Origin: Octopus vulgaris
Lineage: Eukaryota
NCBI GenBank assembly: GCA_951406725.2
Contig: OX597828.1
Coordinates: 39,122,001 to 39,186,000, forward strand
Reading direction: 5' to 3'
Length of the DNA stretch: 64,000 bases
Below the pieces are notes generated by a model. The model made no database searches and was not told the origin of the DNA. It worked only from the letters and a program-made list of their open reading frames with translations. Shown in pieces: positions 1 through 13,635 of the stretch (within the stretch, counting starts at the first letter, position 1; each line of letters opens with the position of its first letter). A program made the translations under genes and the position numbers.

Positions 1-958
1 CCATCACCACCATCACCACCACAACCACCACCACCACCATCACTGCCAACACTCCACCGCCGCCGTCACCCTTGTCACCCACTCATCATCACTCTTGCTA
101 GCTCTACCCACGACCATCAACACCTAAGTGGAACTGAGTTGATTGATTCAAAAATGTATCTTGATTATTAAAACCTTTCTCTAGGTTTTCTTTTGTTTTT
201 TTCTGCATATACTTCCAGCTTTTAGCAGTGTTTTTTACCCCCACCCCACCCTCACCCATCCCCCTTCTTTTCCATTCCATCTTTCCTTCAATTCTTCTTT
301 CAACTCTGATGAAGGTTTTTTGCATTGTGTTGGGTCTCTCCCCCCCTCCCTCCCCATTTCATTTCATTTTTATACAATGCAAATTGCTGAATCTTTAATA
401 CACAACATAATTAGAGGTGTGTGTGTGTGTATGCACCTCTGTTTGTATGTGTGTGGATGTGGGACGTGGTGAACAAACATGAAATAGGAAGACTCCACTC
501 CCCCACAAGGCAAAACAAAAAAAAAACCCTTACATTTAGTGTAATTATTTGTTGTACTTGTCAATGTGAATTAAGTACATAAAGAATACACACACACACA
601 CTCACACGCACACACATACACACTCATGTATGTAAGTATGCTTATAGGCATGGGAAAATATATATAGATAGATAGATAGATATACTTAAATTCATATACA
701 TTTATGCATACTTATGTCCTTACATATATTTGCATATATATACACACACGTACACATTCATATGAGTAAGGAATTATTGCTTTAATCAATGCTGTCTTAA
801 TGAAGCCATTGTTTTCTTGGATTTTTACATTAAAAAATTTTGTTTTCCCTTTTCTTTTGGTGGAAGTTTCATTATCACTTAGGAATTAACGAAGGACGAA
901 GACTTGCAAATTAAAAGCATCAAGTGCTGCCTTGCAAAATATGGCACAAATATTCAAC

Positions 959-959
<1 letters not shown>

Positions 960-1006
<47 letters not shown>

Positions 1007-1275
1007 TATAGTGTATGGCAATGAATATATATATATATGTGTATATATATATATATATTATATAGTGTATGGCAATGAATATATATATATGTGTATATAT
1101 ATATATATATATATTATATAGTGTATGGCAATGAATATATATATATGTGTATATATATATATACATATATTATATATAGTGTATGGCAATGAATATATAT
1201 ATGTGTGTATATACACACACACACACACATATACACATATATACATGTATGTATTATATATAGTGTATGAATATG
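960..1275. repeat. Minisatellite of ~55-60 bp units (TATAGTGTATGGCAATGAATAT...) embedded in (TA)n
   Basis: The core tatagtgtatggcaatgaatat recurs four times with variable TA spacers, plus a degenerate fifth copy. Confidence 0.9.
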
Positions 1276-1320
1276 TATATGGATGTGTGTGTGTGTACAT
1301 CAATATGTAGAACATTAATG

Positions 1321-1816
1321 CAGTGGTTCTCAAACTGGGGTCTGCAATCCCCTAGGAGACCGCAAAGTGATTTTAGGGAAACTGCAAAGGGACACTGAAG
1401 TATCGTGAAAACAAGGGTGACTTGAGACAGTTAAGTTAAAAAATTTCAAGACTTTCAATTTTTAACATGCTATCAGCCTTTTTTGTTGTTGGCCTCAAAA
1501 CCCTACAACACTCCTACACACTCATTTGCTAGTCACACTTGTTGTACAAGTGTGATTGGTTTATAGAAAATATGTGGGCATAACGGTTGATTGTGTATGT
1601 GCTGTCGGTATTTTTCATTTTTCATTTGCTTTGTAACCAATTGATCAACGGATTCCCCATATTTTCATGTGCATTTATTGTATCGCAATGGGGGCATTGC
1701 CTGGATTAAGTTGTGGTTTTCAGGGTTGCAGGTCTTTTTATAGGGGACCATGAATCATCGAAAAAACTATAAGGGGACTGGTACGTAAACTTTTTTGAGA
1801 AGTTTGAGAACTGCTG
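1321..1816. mobile_element. hAT-type (Charlie/MER5-like) MITE
   Basis: Termini CAGTGGTTCTCAAACT / AGTTTGAGAACTGCTG; 8-bp flanks cattaatg / gattaatg (7/8 match). Confidence 0.8.
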
Positions 1817-4800
1817 GATTAATGAGAAATGTTACTGGTTAACTACAGACTGAACTAATTAAATTTGGTAGAGTGAATAGATTGATGTAGTTAGGGGGTT
1901 AGTCCTGGAAAACTATTGTGGAGCCACATTGTTCCAGATCTAAAAATTGAATTTAGCAATGAAAAACTAGACTGAAAAAATAAAGTCATCTGGGGAGGCT
2001 GGTATTGATAAGCAAACCCTATTCTAAAGCTAAAAGACAAACATACTTAGACCTCACTGCGAAATTAGTTCTCTTGACCAGTAAAAATAAAATGTGCATA
2101 CTACATAGTATGGAGTGTAGAGAATTCCGGAAAGTACCCCGCTATAAAACATGAATTGGTTCTTGTGTTTTGAGTGCACATGCACGGAACAGAGTATACT
2201 TGGTTCCCACACTGTAAGGATTAAAACTAAAGTGGTGCACTTTAGACCTATTGAAATCTCTCTTGTGCTATGTGGTTCAAATTTGAGAATAACATCTTTA
2301 AATCATCGAGCGTTTGATGGGGCCTGTCTGTTTATCTCTTTCCTACTGTGAAATATAAAATGCATGGCTTAAAGCTGTATGTTTGTGAGAGAGAGACAGA
2401 CAGAGATGGAGGATCACATTACTAACTGCATTTTATAAAAGACATGCCATCCCATCACATCCATGGTTAGCTGTTGTTTCAATTCCACAGCCATCTTTTT
2501 GAAGACAAAAGGAGCCTGGTGGGTTGATCCTTATGATGATCATTACCATGAGATACTTTTGAAAAGGTTTCTTATGAAATTGGGTTTAAAAATAGGGGTT
2601 AAAGTGTTCAGCAAATTTGGGAACAACTTCAGTGGTGTTAGGTGGATGGGGGGGGGGGACCAGCATTTTTCATAGTACCTGTGCAGCTTCAACTTTTGAA
2701 TGTTGATGTTTGAGGGAAACAATGGGTCTAGTTATGAAACTCAGCTGGAATGATGAATGGATGTGGGAGTGGGATACATTAGTTGGGTTAGGAGTGGTGG
2801 TATATATGTTTCTACTTCAGAAGAGAATGGGCCACTTGTAGAACTAATAATAATAAAAAAAAAAAAACAAGACTTGTGTGATTGAGCAGTTTTAACAGGC
2901 CATTGAATGGGAAGTTTGCCTATCAACCAGATAGCTTTCAGAGACATACACTCTGGAATGTGGTGTGTATTGTGTTTTGCAGAACAATCATAATTTTTTA
3001 ACCCTGAATAGGAAATCTAAACTTTTAGATTGAATGGTGGTGGTGGTGGGGCTGGGTGAGATTGCTGTAGTATAATCACATGTCAGCCTTGATTGAATGA
3101 ATCTGTAATCAAAGGTATTCCAGCTGTTACGATGCTGGTTTTTCTTCTCTCAGATGTAATGTATAAGAACCATGCCACATTATAGTACATTGTGAATTCA
3201 GTGAAATTTTGCCTGCTATTACTAACAGAGAGAGTGACCAACAATATAGATGATTCCTCGTTAGTTCATTATATATATATATGCTTGAAGCTAACTTTCT
3301 TCCTACACCTCAATCCTTGGATCTTACATATATATATATATAGTTCTTTTTGTTTTGTTCCAAGGCATCCCTAATGGGGTAGGCTTGTGATCGCAGGTAG
3401 TCCAACCATTTGCTATTTGCTATTTCTAGCAGAGCTAGTGATCCCATAGAAGCTGTCTTGTTGGCCTTATCTTGAAAGGTCATCGCACTAGCTACACATC
3501 TATCTAGCCAATGAGAGAGCCTCTATATTGATATGTGGTTATATTGAAAGGTTATCAGAAGTTTTGAGGCCTGGCATTTGCAGAGAGTGTGTTCATGAGC
3601 AGAGTGGATGTAACATTATAAAATGTTTTGTTTTAATGTTTGTTTGGCCCCAGGTCAGTTCTGAGCAAATATACCAGTCATGAAAGGCATTCTGGCCTTG
3701 ACCAGCTCTCCCCACCCTTTAAAAAAAAATTTTTTTTCCAGGCAAAATAGATCCAGGAATACATCATATAAAGCATCCTTATCTTTTTAAAATAGTGCAG
3801 TGCAATTTGAGAGAAATTCAGTTGCTAATTCAAAAAACTCAGGTGTGACTGTTTGGAGTAAGTGGTAGGGGATGCTTTTTAGTACAGTGGTAGTAATTGT
3901 AGGGGTGAGAGTGCATAAGTACCTGTAGAACACAACTACACAGAGAAAAATAATGTACTTTTAATTTTATAAATTCATAAGGCTTAAAGTTTTTTGTCAA
4001 TGAATGGTTTTATAATAGAAAGTGTATCAAAATTTCAACTGTGTGAAGGGGGGGGGGGGGCTTTATCCGGTGTAGAGGCTTTCTCTTGGCTCATAGATGT
4101 GTTTTCTTGGTGGTAGTGACTGTGCCTTAAGGCTGTAAAAGGAAATTACATTCAGTTGTGTGGTTAAGAAGCTTGCTTCCCAACCACATGGTCTTGGGTT
4201 CTGTCCTACTGTGCTAACCCTAACCCTTGGACAAGTATCTTCTACAATAGTCACGGGCTGATCAAAGTTTTTTTTTTTTTTTTGTGCATTTGAGGTACGG
4301 AAACTGAAAGAAGCTCAAATATATATATTGTGTGTGTGTGTGTGTGTTTTAGTGTTTGTTTTGACACCAGGGTGTGATGAACGAGTATCACCATCATACA
4401 AGGGACCTTGTTCATTTCTGTTTTTCCATGCAAAACATGCCTGGCAATGGGAAAATATTACCTTACTTGGAAACAGGTGAGGGTTGACATCAGGGAAGCT
4501 GTAGAAACTCTGCCCCATTAAATTCTGCCTGTCCCATACAAGCATGGAAAAGTGAATGTTAAACGATGATGATGTCACCATTGTATGTGAAGGCATGTGG
4601 CCTAGTGGTTTGACTGTTGGACTTACAATTATTAGGTTGTGGTTTCAATTCCAAGGCTGGGTAGTGCATTGTATCCTTGAATAAGGCACTTCATTTCATG
4701 TGATCTCCTATACATTCTGTAGTAAATGAATGACATCTGCTATGGAGTGATGCCTCACAGACTATTAGCCTCAAATCTTGCAAATGCTAGATTTCAATGG

Positions 4801-4984
4801 CCCTTGTTGGCTGTGGCACTCTGGTTGGATGGAGGAATATCACCATTGTAGCAGTGTTCTTGGTTAGTGCACAATGTAGAAGATGTAGGCATACACAGCA
4901 TAAAAGAGTGTGTGTGTGTGTGTCCATCCATCCCTCCTGACTATTTTATAGCTGACTACCCTTCCTGTTCTATATTTAAGAGAT

Positions 4985-5207
4985 GAATTATTTACATTAT
5001 TTACATTTGAGGGATATTTGCCCTTATCTTGTTTGTTGTTAACACAACGTTTCAGCTGATATACCCTCCAGCCTTCATCAGGTGTCTTAGGGAAATTTCG
5101 AACCTGGGTTCTCATTCCTAAGGTATTTTTCGATGTTGTTATTATTATTCAGGTCACTGCCTATAGTCGAACTCGGAATCTTGGGGTTAGTAGCCCACAC
5201 TCTTAAC
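4985..5207 (-). mobile_element. tRNA-headed, hammerhead-bearing short retroelement (left copy of inverted pair)
   Basis: Reverse complement of 5265-5491. On the minus strand it reads a partial tRNA-like head (GTTAAGAG...GAGTTCGA), then (AAT)n, then a hammerhead core. Confidence 0.7.
5041..5086 (-). ncRNA. Minimal type I hammerhead ribozyme motif (Penelope-like)
   Basis: Minus strand reads GACAC-CTGATGA-A-GGCTG(loop)CAGCT-GAAAC-GTT-GTGTT. Stem I is GACAC/GTGTT, stem II is GGCTG/CAGCT, and stem III is minimal and palindromic. Confidence 0.7.
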
Positions 5208-5208
5208 T

Positions 5209-5259
<51 letters not shown>

Positions 5260-5264
5260 TTCAG

Positions 5265-5491
5265 GTTAAGAATGCAGGCTGCTAACCCCAAGATTCCAAG
5301 TTCGATTACAGGCAGTGACCTTAATAATAATAATAATAATAATAATAACATTGAAAATACCTTAGGAATGAGAACCCAGGTTCGAAATTTCCCCAAGACA
5401 CCTGATGAAGGCTGGAGGGTATATCAGCTGAAACGTGTTAACAAACAAGATGAGGAGAAATATCCATCAAATGTAAATAATGTACATAATT
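5265..5491 (+). mobile_element. tRNA-headed, hammerhead-bearing short retroelement (right copy of inverted pair)
   Basis: Same element as 4985-5207 in the opposite orientation. Core CTGATGA at 5402 and GAAAC at 5430, but the GTT triplet after GAAAC is missing. Confidence 0.7.
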
Positions 5492-8199
5492 CCTGTTGTT
5501 AACTACTTCAATTGTAAAGTAGGAAGTAGCAGCATTTACTGCTCACTTATATTGCCTGAAGCAAGTATTTAACAATCACTTTATATGTGAGCATGTGTGT
5601 GTGTAACCTTATGTAGGCATGTGATTATCAGTGTGTGTCTATGTCTGTGTGTTTGTGTGTGCTCATGCACCTTATTTCTTAAAAGATGTCGTTCCATTCC
5701 TTTAGTTTCATGTCTGTTGCTAATAGTTTAACCTCTAAGTATCTTCTATACATCGTTATTGTTGCTTATCCCCAGGTCAGTTCTGATTAAGCAGATCTGT
5801 TGATTAAAGATATTCCATCTGTGACCACTGTTTTTATTTAGGCATAGTGTAACATGGACTACATTATCCAATGTGGAGGGTGTTATGGGTGCTAATCCTA
5901 GCAGATCAAGAAGTCACATAGAGGCTCTTTCATTGGCTCATCTTCTGTATGTTACTCCACATCAGCCCTCATTAAGCTGATCTAAGATCAGAGGTGTTCC
6001 AGCCTGGACCCCCCCCTCCATCTTTTTGTAATGTAAGCCAGGAACAACATTGTACACTTTATTCTTCATTCATGATGATTTAAATGAGATTCAGCTGCTA
6101 TTTCTAGCAGGTCTAGCAACTACATTCAAACTTCCATAGAGTGACATTTGCTTGCTTCCAGTGTGGGGATTTCATGAGATCGAAATATTTTCATATTCTT
6201 GGATAATAGTTATGGTTACCAAAGTGCTTTGTTTCTTTCTTTCATGCACACATACATACATACATGCTGCTGCTGCTACTACACACACACACATACACGC
6301 ACACACACACACACACATACATACAATCACACATACACACAAGATGAAGTACATTTATTTACTCCCATTGTACACTCTTGTTTAAATAGCTAATTGAATC
6401 AGTTGTGATATGTTCGTTATAAGGTGATGATTGCAAGATATATTCCTTCACACCTCCCTAGGAATGCGAATGTGTTAACAGTATCAGATGTTTAACTGAA
6501 TGGTATATGTTTGCCTGTTTGTGTGTGTGTTTCCTAATGAGTTGCTGAATAACAATAAAACTTCTCAGTTCAATCCTTGTGTCAAGCTGCCAAAAAAGGC
6601 TCTTATGGGTCTTAATTTCACAGAGATAATTATGTAAAATATCATGTGCCTATGTGTGTGTGTGTATGCATACACATGACAGATAAAACTTGGTATATTT
6701 ACATATTCATTTGTTGATGTAAATAAATGAATAAAATGTTACATGGATTGAGTACTCTTTTCTCTTCTTCCTAATTAGAAGTGTGTGGAGTGGGGTGGGG
6801 GTTGTGTAGTGTCAAAAACGAATGACATATCATCTGATGGTTGCCATAGGCTCTCTTTTTTTTTTTTTTTGTTAAAATAAACATTTCCATTTAAAGGAAA
6901 ACGAAAACTTATTTGTTGAAACATAATAAAAGAATATATGTACATGTGTGTGTGTGTGTGTGTGTGTGGAGGGAAGTATTAATTAATTTTATTTAAATAT
7001 ATCTGTTTGTGTTTGTTAATCTTCAAAGGATTTCATTATGGAACATACAGATTGTTTGGTATTTATCTCCATGACAACATGTAGCTCTATTACATAGATT
7101 AGTTTTAATCTTTTTCAAACTGAATGCAAATGTTTTTTCTTTTTCTCTTTTTTTGCTTTTGTTGCTGTTGTTTTGTTAAGTTTCATGTATTTTGCTAGTT
7201 TCATAAAACACAGATAATCTTCAAGCCTTTTGATTGTTGTTACCTTTCGCCCTCCAGTAAATTCGGCTGAGGCAATTTACAGTTTTTGTTTGCAACATCC
7301 TTATCTACTATCTTGTTGCACTCATTGGACTGCGGCCATGCTGGGGCACTGCCTTGAAGGGTTCAGTCAAATCAACACCAGTAATTATTTTTTAAACCTG
7401 GTTCTTATTCTAGTCAGTCTTTTTTGCTGTGTTGCTAAGTTATGGGGATATAAACAGACCAACATCCTCTTAAAGACTTTGGTCACCCAGGCTATCCTAG
7501 AAGACACATGCCCAAAGTTCCACACAGTGGGACTGAACCCTGAACCATGTGACTGGGAAGCAAACTTCTTACCACACAGCCACATGCCACACTTGAGCCT
7601 ATATCCATCTCATTTTAAGACAGCAGATTGTGATTTAAGAAAGATATAGTTGCTATATCTAGTTGGTGATTTGAGGAAGATTTGGTGATAATTTCTAGCA
7701 GGTCAAGTAACCATGGAATGGTTTATTTGTTGATTTGCCAAGTTTTCTATTTTTATTGTTATTATTATTATTTCTTGAAGTAATATTCTTCTTATTATTA
7801 TTTCTTTATTGTTGTTATTATTATTTCTTGCTTAGCAATATTTCACCCATCCTTACGTTCTGAGTTCAAATTTTGTTAAGGCTGACTTTACCTTTCCTCT
7901 TCCCAGGGTCAATAAAATAAGTACTAGTTGGGCACTAGAGTCAATATAATTGACTTATCTGCTCCCTGATCTGGCTGACCTTGCTCCAAAATTTGAAATC
8001 ATCATTTCTTGGCCATCCCCCATCCAACAGACCTGTGATCAAAAATTTTAGGGTCATATTTATGATTTCTAAGAATAAATTGTTTCCTTTCGATGGCTGG
8101 GTATCATTTGAGAGATTTGGCAGCTATTTCTAGCAGATTGAGCAACTATATAGAATTATGTCAAAGCCTATACACACTTACATGCACACACACATACAC

Positions 8200-8218
8200 A
8201 TGTATGTATGTGTATGTA

Positions 8219-8271
<53 letters not shown>

Positions 8272-8745
8272 GTGTGTATATATTAATATATATATATATG
8301 TATGTATGTGTGTGTATATATTAATATATATACATATGTATGTATGTGTGTGTATATATTAATATATATACATATGTATGTATGTGTGTGTATATATTAA
8401 TATATATACATATGTATGTATGTGTGTGTATATATTAATATATATACATATGTATGTATGTGTGTGTATATATTAATATATATACATATGTATGTATGTG
8501 TGTGTATATATTAATATATATACATATGTATGTATGTGTGTGTATATATTTATATATACATATGTATGTATGTGTGTGTATATATTTATATATACACATA
8601 TGTATGTATGTGTGTGTATATATTTATATATACACATATGTATGTATGTGTGTGTATATATTTATATATATACATATGTATGTATGTGTGTGTATATATT
8701 TATATATATACATATGTATGTATGTGTATGTATATATGTATGCAC
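8200..8745. repeat. Minisatellite, ~38-40 bp unit (TATATACATATGTATGTATGTGTGTGTATATATT[A/T]ATA)
   Basis: About a dozen near-identical tandem units are visible directly. Confidence 0.95.
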
Positions 8746-9152
8746 ATCTATATGTGTCTCTTTGTCTGTGTCTGCTCCTCCTCCACTTAGCAATCAGTGT
8801 TGGTTTGTTTACATCCTCAGCAGTAGTTCAGCAAAGGAGCTTTTTAAGTACCAGATTCGAAAGAAAAAGAAGTATTGGGGTCAGTTTATAATCGACTCAA
8901 AACCCATCAAGGCAGTGCTCCAGTATGGTCACACTCCAATGACTGAACCATGTAAAAGAAGAAAAAAGAAGTCTTTTAGTTGTTTTTTTTTTTATGCTTG
9001 GATACTTGATCGGTGTTTGGAACTTGGTTCTTTGACTGACAGAGCACGTGCCTGTCTGATGACTGCACTAAATTGATAGTGTCTTCCTGCAACCATAGAA
9101 GAATGGCACCAATAGAGAATGGTGATGGCCACGGCGGTGGCATCAGTGCACG

Positions 9153-9201
<49 letters not shown>

Positions 9202-9374
9202 AGGTTTGTCTTGTAAGTGATAGCATAGCATGAAGATGTAACAAAGTTCATCCATGGACGGACTCTGCCTGCTCGTGATGATGGTGATGATGCTGTTGCC
9301 GGCGGCAATCGTTGAGAAGTAATCTAGCATATCTGCCCGAGCCATCTGGTCGTTTAATGATGGTGTTGTTAATG

Positions 9375-9406
<32 letters not shown>

Positions 9407-9456
9407 GGTGGTGCTGCTGCTGCTGCTGATGCTGATGATGTTCAAGATGATGATTG

Positions 9457-9487
<31 letters not shown>

Positions 9488-10041
9488 CCCTCTGTCCTTT
9501 GTTTTTTTTTCTCTGTCATCTGGTAATAAAATACACATGTATTTGTTGATTGATAGATATTGTACAGTATTTATCCAGCCATAGGAATTGTTAATATTAG
9601 CAGAGATATAAATTATATTCCAGAAAGATATTATTCATAGAGTTGATGTAATTTTTTTCTCTTTTCTTTCTTTCTTCCTTTCTTCCTTTCTTTCTTTCTG
9701 TCTGACTTTCTTTCTTTTTTATCTTCTAAGGAAGAAGAATATACTGGAATGATTCAGTGTCATTGTTTTGGTTTTATTATTTCTGTTGGAATGTCATATT
9801 TATGTAGCTTCATTTTAATCACCCCTCCCCCACCCTGCCATCACCCTGTCAGTCTTTCTGTCTACACAGGTTTGCTCTCCCCCCTCTCTCTCCCTCTCCC
9901 TCTCTCTCCCTCTCCCTCTCTCTCCCTCTCCCTCTCTCTCTCTCTTTCTACAATATATATATATTATTTGAAAGGGTTTTATGACTACAGTGTATGTGTA
10001 CATAGTTTACAGTTCTCACTCTCCCTATCCCCCTCACTCAT

Positions 10042-10107
<66 letters not shown>

Positions 10108-10396
10108 ACTTTCTCTATCTCTTCCACTCCTGATCATTACAAATTTAATAGGCTTACTACTTTTTGTCATCTAAAGTAAAAGTGCCCGTGCAAGTGTATT
10201 GATTTTTGATTGCAGATTAAATTAATTACTTCACTAGCTATTATGCTAAACTTTAGATTTAATCTGTGTGTGTGTGTGTGTGTTTGTGTGAGAAAAAGAG
10301 AGTAAGGAGAGAAAGAGAATGATGCGTTGTTTGTTTCCACTGGCCAGACAGTGAATTCATATTTTATTGTCCTGTTTCTTTGCTAAAATTTTTCTC

Positions 10397-10429
<33 letters not shown>

Positions 10430-10844
10430 TAAATTTTTATATTTTTTATTTTTCTACCTTCTGACTTGAAGTTTTCTCTCTAAGCAGGTTTTATATTGCC
10501 ACCCATACACCCGTTTCCCACCTTGCATTAATTTCTAATCTGTTTGGGAGTCTTCCCACACTGCTTTCTGTTCTACCTTTTACATGCATGCATGCATGCA
10601 TGCATACATACATACATACATACATACATACGTACGTACGTATGTGTTTGTGTGTATCATCATCATCATCATGTTTTGTATGTTTTCCATGTATCACAGT
10701 CCAAGTCAGTTCTTATTCGGAGTACCATGTTTTATTTGTACATTAAATATTTGGCCTGGTTTCAATGGCTCTATACCTTTCCATATAATGTGTATGTATG
10801 CATGCATATATATATATATATATATGCATAAAAACTTAGATATG

Positions 10845-11330
10845 TTTCGACCAAAGATTGGTCCCTGCCATGTCTAACTTAATAGCACCACCTGATAGGA
10901 TTACCTAAATCCTTTTAAAGTCAAGTTTTGTTTATGGTCTATTCAAGTAGTGAGTTGTGTCTAGGTATGGGTGGCTTGTCCGGTATTCCTTAAAAAAATC
11001 TGTCCAGACTCCGTTTAAAGGTGATGGAATCCTTTTCCTCTTTGATCAGTTTTGGGACAATATTAAACAGTGCAGGGCCTGTTGAGGAAAAGGAATTGTG
11101 TTGCAGTGTACCTATATGTTGTGATCCTGAATTGGGCAGGGGACATATGGCTCGTGGTCCCATCTTTGGATGAACCTTGAAACTAATGTTCAGGTCATTT
11201 GGGCAATGCTGGTGGTATATTCTCCATATTGTACAAATGATGTACCGCTTGCGATGGCGCTGGAGAGAGTAGAGTTTCAAGGCTTTAAGGCTGTCCCAGT
11301 AATCAAGATCAGTCATGCCTTGGGACAAAA
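10845..11330 (-). mobile_element. CR1-clade LINE, 5'-truncated 3' end
   Basis: Minus ORF DYWDSLKALKLYSLQRHRKRYII...NSFSSTGPALFN..FKRSLDRFF*GIPDKP resembles the ORF2 C-terminus of CR1-group LINEs; it contains a stop. Confidence 0.75.
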
Positions 11331-13242
11331 TGGGACATACGTGATTGAATAACATTATCTACAAGTAGCTAAATATTCTTTTGGAATTTTACTTAAAAGA
11401 ATCTGTACAAACCTTTACTTCAACCCAATATGTGTGTGTGTGTTTTTATGTGTTTGTATATATATGTATATTCTTTTATAAGAATAATAAATATGAACTC
11501 TATCAAAAAAGTATTGGGTAAATCCTTCAGTTTAATGTAAAGTTGTTTTACATTCATATTCCTGGTGTTTTTCTTTTAATAATATTTACAACTTATTTTC
11601 ATAAAGCTGGAAAGCTACAATGGTTTATTTGTATGTCTCTATCAAAGCATCTGTAGCATGTAATGTAGTTTTAGGCTCACATGTGTTAGGTTGTGGATTC
11701 AATTCTCAGAACAGGAGGTGCATTGTATCCTTGAGCAAGGCACTTCATTCCAATGAGCTAAAAATGAGTGCCAGTGACATGAGGTGTCGACCTTACAACA
11801 CTGGCATCCCATTCAAGAGGGAGTCTGAAAGTACACTTAAGCACCATAGAAACTGGAGTAAACTCTAGCTTTAACTTAAAGTGTAGTTCATCTGAGAAAG
11901 AAGAGACAACAGCATTAACTACCCTTCCCCATCCCCTGTTATTTCCAATACTTCACTCTAAGAATATTCTAAATGGCTATGAGTACAGCCTCTTCTTCTA
12001 AGACTTATTCACATGTATGTCACTTAAGTGAAATACTAAAATCTGAGGAAACTCGTGATAGTTTGCTTTGGCAAATGGTAAGTACCAGGAGTTGAAAAAG
12101 TGGAATAAAACTGGAAGAAATCATTTTGTCATGAAGAAGAAAATGAAAGGCTCTGCACGAAATGTTAGGCTTCTAACATAATTTTTAATCTGCGTGTTTG
12201 TAGCGATGTTTAAATGTACCCCAGAATCTAGTTGGACATTTTTTTACCAGGTGACATTTGAGGTTGAGGTAGGTTTTAAATGTTATTCACTCTTAAAAAG
12301 ACATCTTTCCAAACCAAGGACCAGCTTTTAGTCAGGCAGGATTACTCCTCTTGGACGTTGGTGCTATTGCCTTATGAAGAGTTAGCTTCAATGAAGGAAT
12401 GCTTCTGTAAAATCAGTTCCTTCAATATTTCATATGTAAATGTTTGAATTTTTAAAACAATTCCAGATATACTAGCTTCAGGAAAAAACCATTGTAAGGG
12501 TGGGAAATTAGCTGACTAGTGTTAATATGCAGGGTTTTTTTTTATTGATTTATTTATTTATTTATTTTTTATATTTGTTTTGTTTAAATGTCTATGGCCA
12601 TTTAAAAAGTTCATTTAAGTTATTGTATAAGAAAATTATCCAAGGCTTTCTCTGAATTAATTTTAATATTCTTGTTCCGAGAGAAAACGTGTAACTCTAG
12701 CAACTGAAGGATTAGTTAACTCTCATTCAACTTCTTTTCAGGTGTAGCCACACAATGCTTTCTTATTCAATTTGATTACATGTTGTCTCACCGTCACACT
12801 ATTTATATCAGTAAAATATCCAGAATAAATTATTTGGTGGTTTAGATTTGACAATTGTTGTGTGAGGAAAATTATACAGCACACAATAGAGCAGCAATAT
12901 GAATTAATTATATGTAATACATTATGTTTTACCTCAAAATTATTTTAGAGCAAAGCTAAAAATAATTTCTTATAAAGAGTTATTTCGTATAGTCTATTGT
13001 GTGTTATATGAGAAGAGATACACTAGAGAAAAGAAGAGTGCACAGAGTGGGCTTAGCTGGGGATGTTTAAAAAAATTAGCTGATGAAAATATATAGAGGT
13101 TATTCTAGTACCCAGTAATAAGGGTAGCATGACTTAATGAAGTGAATGTCTATTCACTGAATAAACTGTCACTCAAAAAGAAAGCATAAGCTATTTTTTC
13201 TCAGGCATTCTATGAGGTCTGGTTAGCATAAGTAAGGCTATA

Positions 13243-13283
13243 TTTTTCTGATGAGGTCTAATAAGATTGAAACATGTCCAGAG
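13243..13283 (+). ncRNA. Hammerhead ribozyme motif, degenerate stem I
   Basis: CTGATGA-GGTCT-AATA-AGATT-GAAAC-AT-GTC: intact core boxes and GUC triplet. Confidence 0.55.
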
Positions 13284-13596
13284 CTGTCACCTACCACATC
13301 AAAGATCAGTTACTTCCCAATAATGCCCCCATTTAATTTTTAATCACTTCATATCTCAAAGTTATCTCCCTTGTCTTTCTCATTAGTAATGATTTTCCTT
13401 TTTATTATGGGTGTAATCTTTTTTAATTGATTAGCTTTTTTTCCTACCACATTGTGTTAACCTCCACTTAACTACGTATTCTTCATACTTAGAATCCCCT
13501 TTTCTTCTTTAAGCTGCTTAATTAGGGAATATTTTGAACTGAAATTTTTTATTCTCTCTATTATTTTATGACTTGGTTAGTGCTACATAAACTATA

Positions 13597-13635
13597 CTTC
13601 ACTGAGGAGGTCTAATTAAACTGAAACATGCCCTC
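13597..13635 (+). ncRNA. Decayed hammerhead motif, direct repeat of 13243-13283
   Basis: CTGAGGA-GGTCT-AATT-AAACT-GAAAC-AT-GCC. The flanks (ggttag..ctata; tgtcac..tacca) resemble the first copy. Confidence 0.45.

Noticed and set aside
306-330. CTGATGAAGG possible hammerhead box (also CTGATGA at ~57592)
   Set aside because: No stem II or downstream GAAA box.
924-1333. Tyr/Ile-rich ORFs here, and similar ones at 8093-9076 and 10491-10877
   Set aside because: They are translations of TA/CA micro- and minisatellites.
2110-2154. ATG GAG TGT (MEC...) resembling the USP3 start
   Set aside because: The frame stops after 14 codons, with no donor site and no further similarity.
8992-9345. Minus ORF segment SMDELCYIFMLCYHLQD superficially like ZnF-UBP
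   Set aside because: It is on the wrong strand for USP3 and the zinc ligand spacing does not match.
11973-12077. 35-codon ORF ending at a perfect ATG|gtaagt donor
   Set aside because: The phase 0 donor is incompatible with the phase 2 acceptor at 19825, and there is no recognisable homology.
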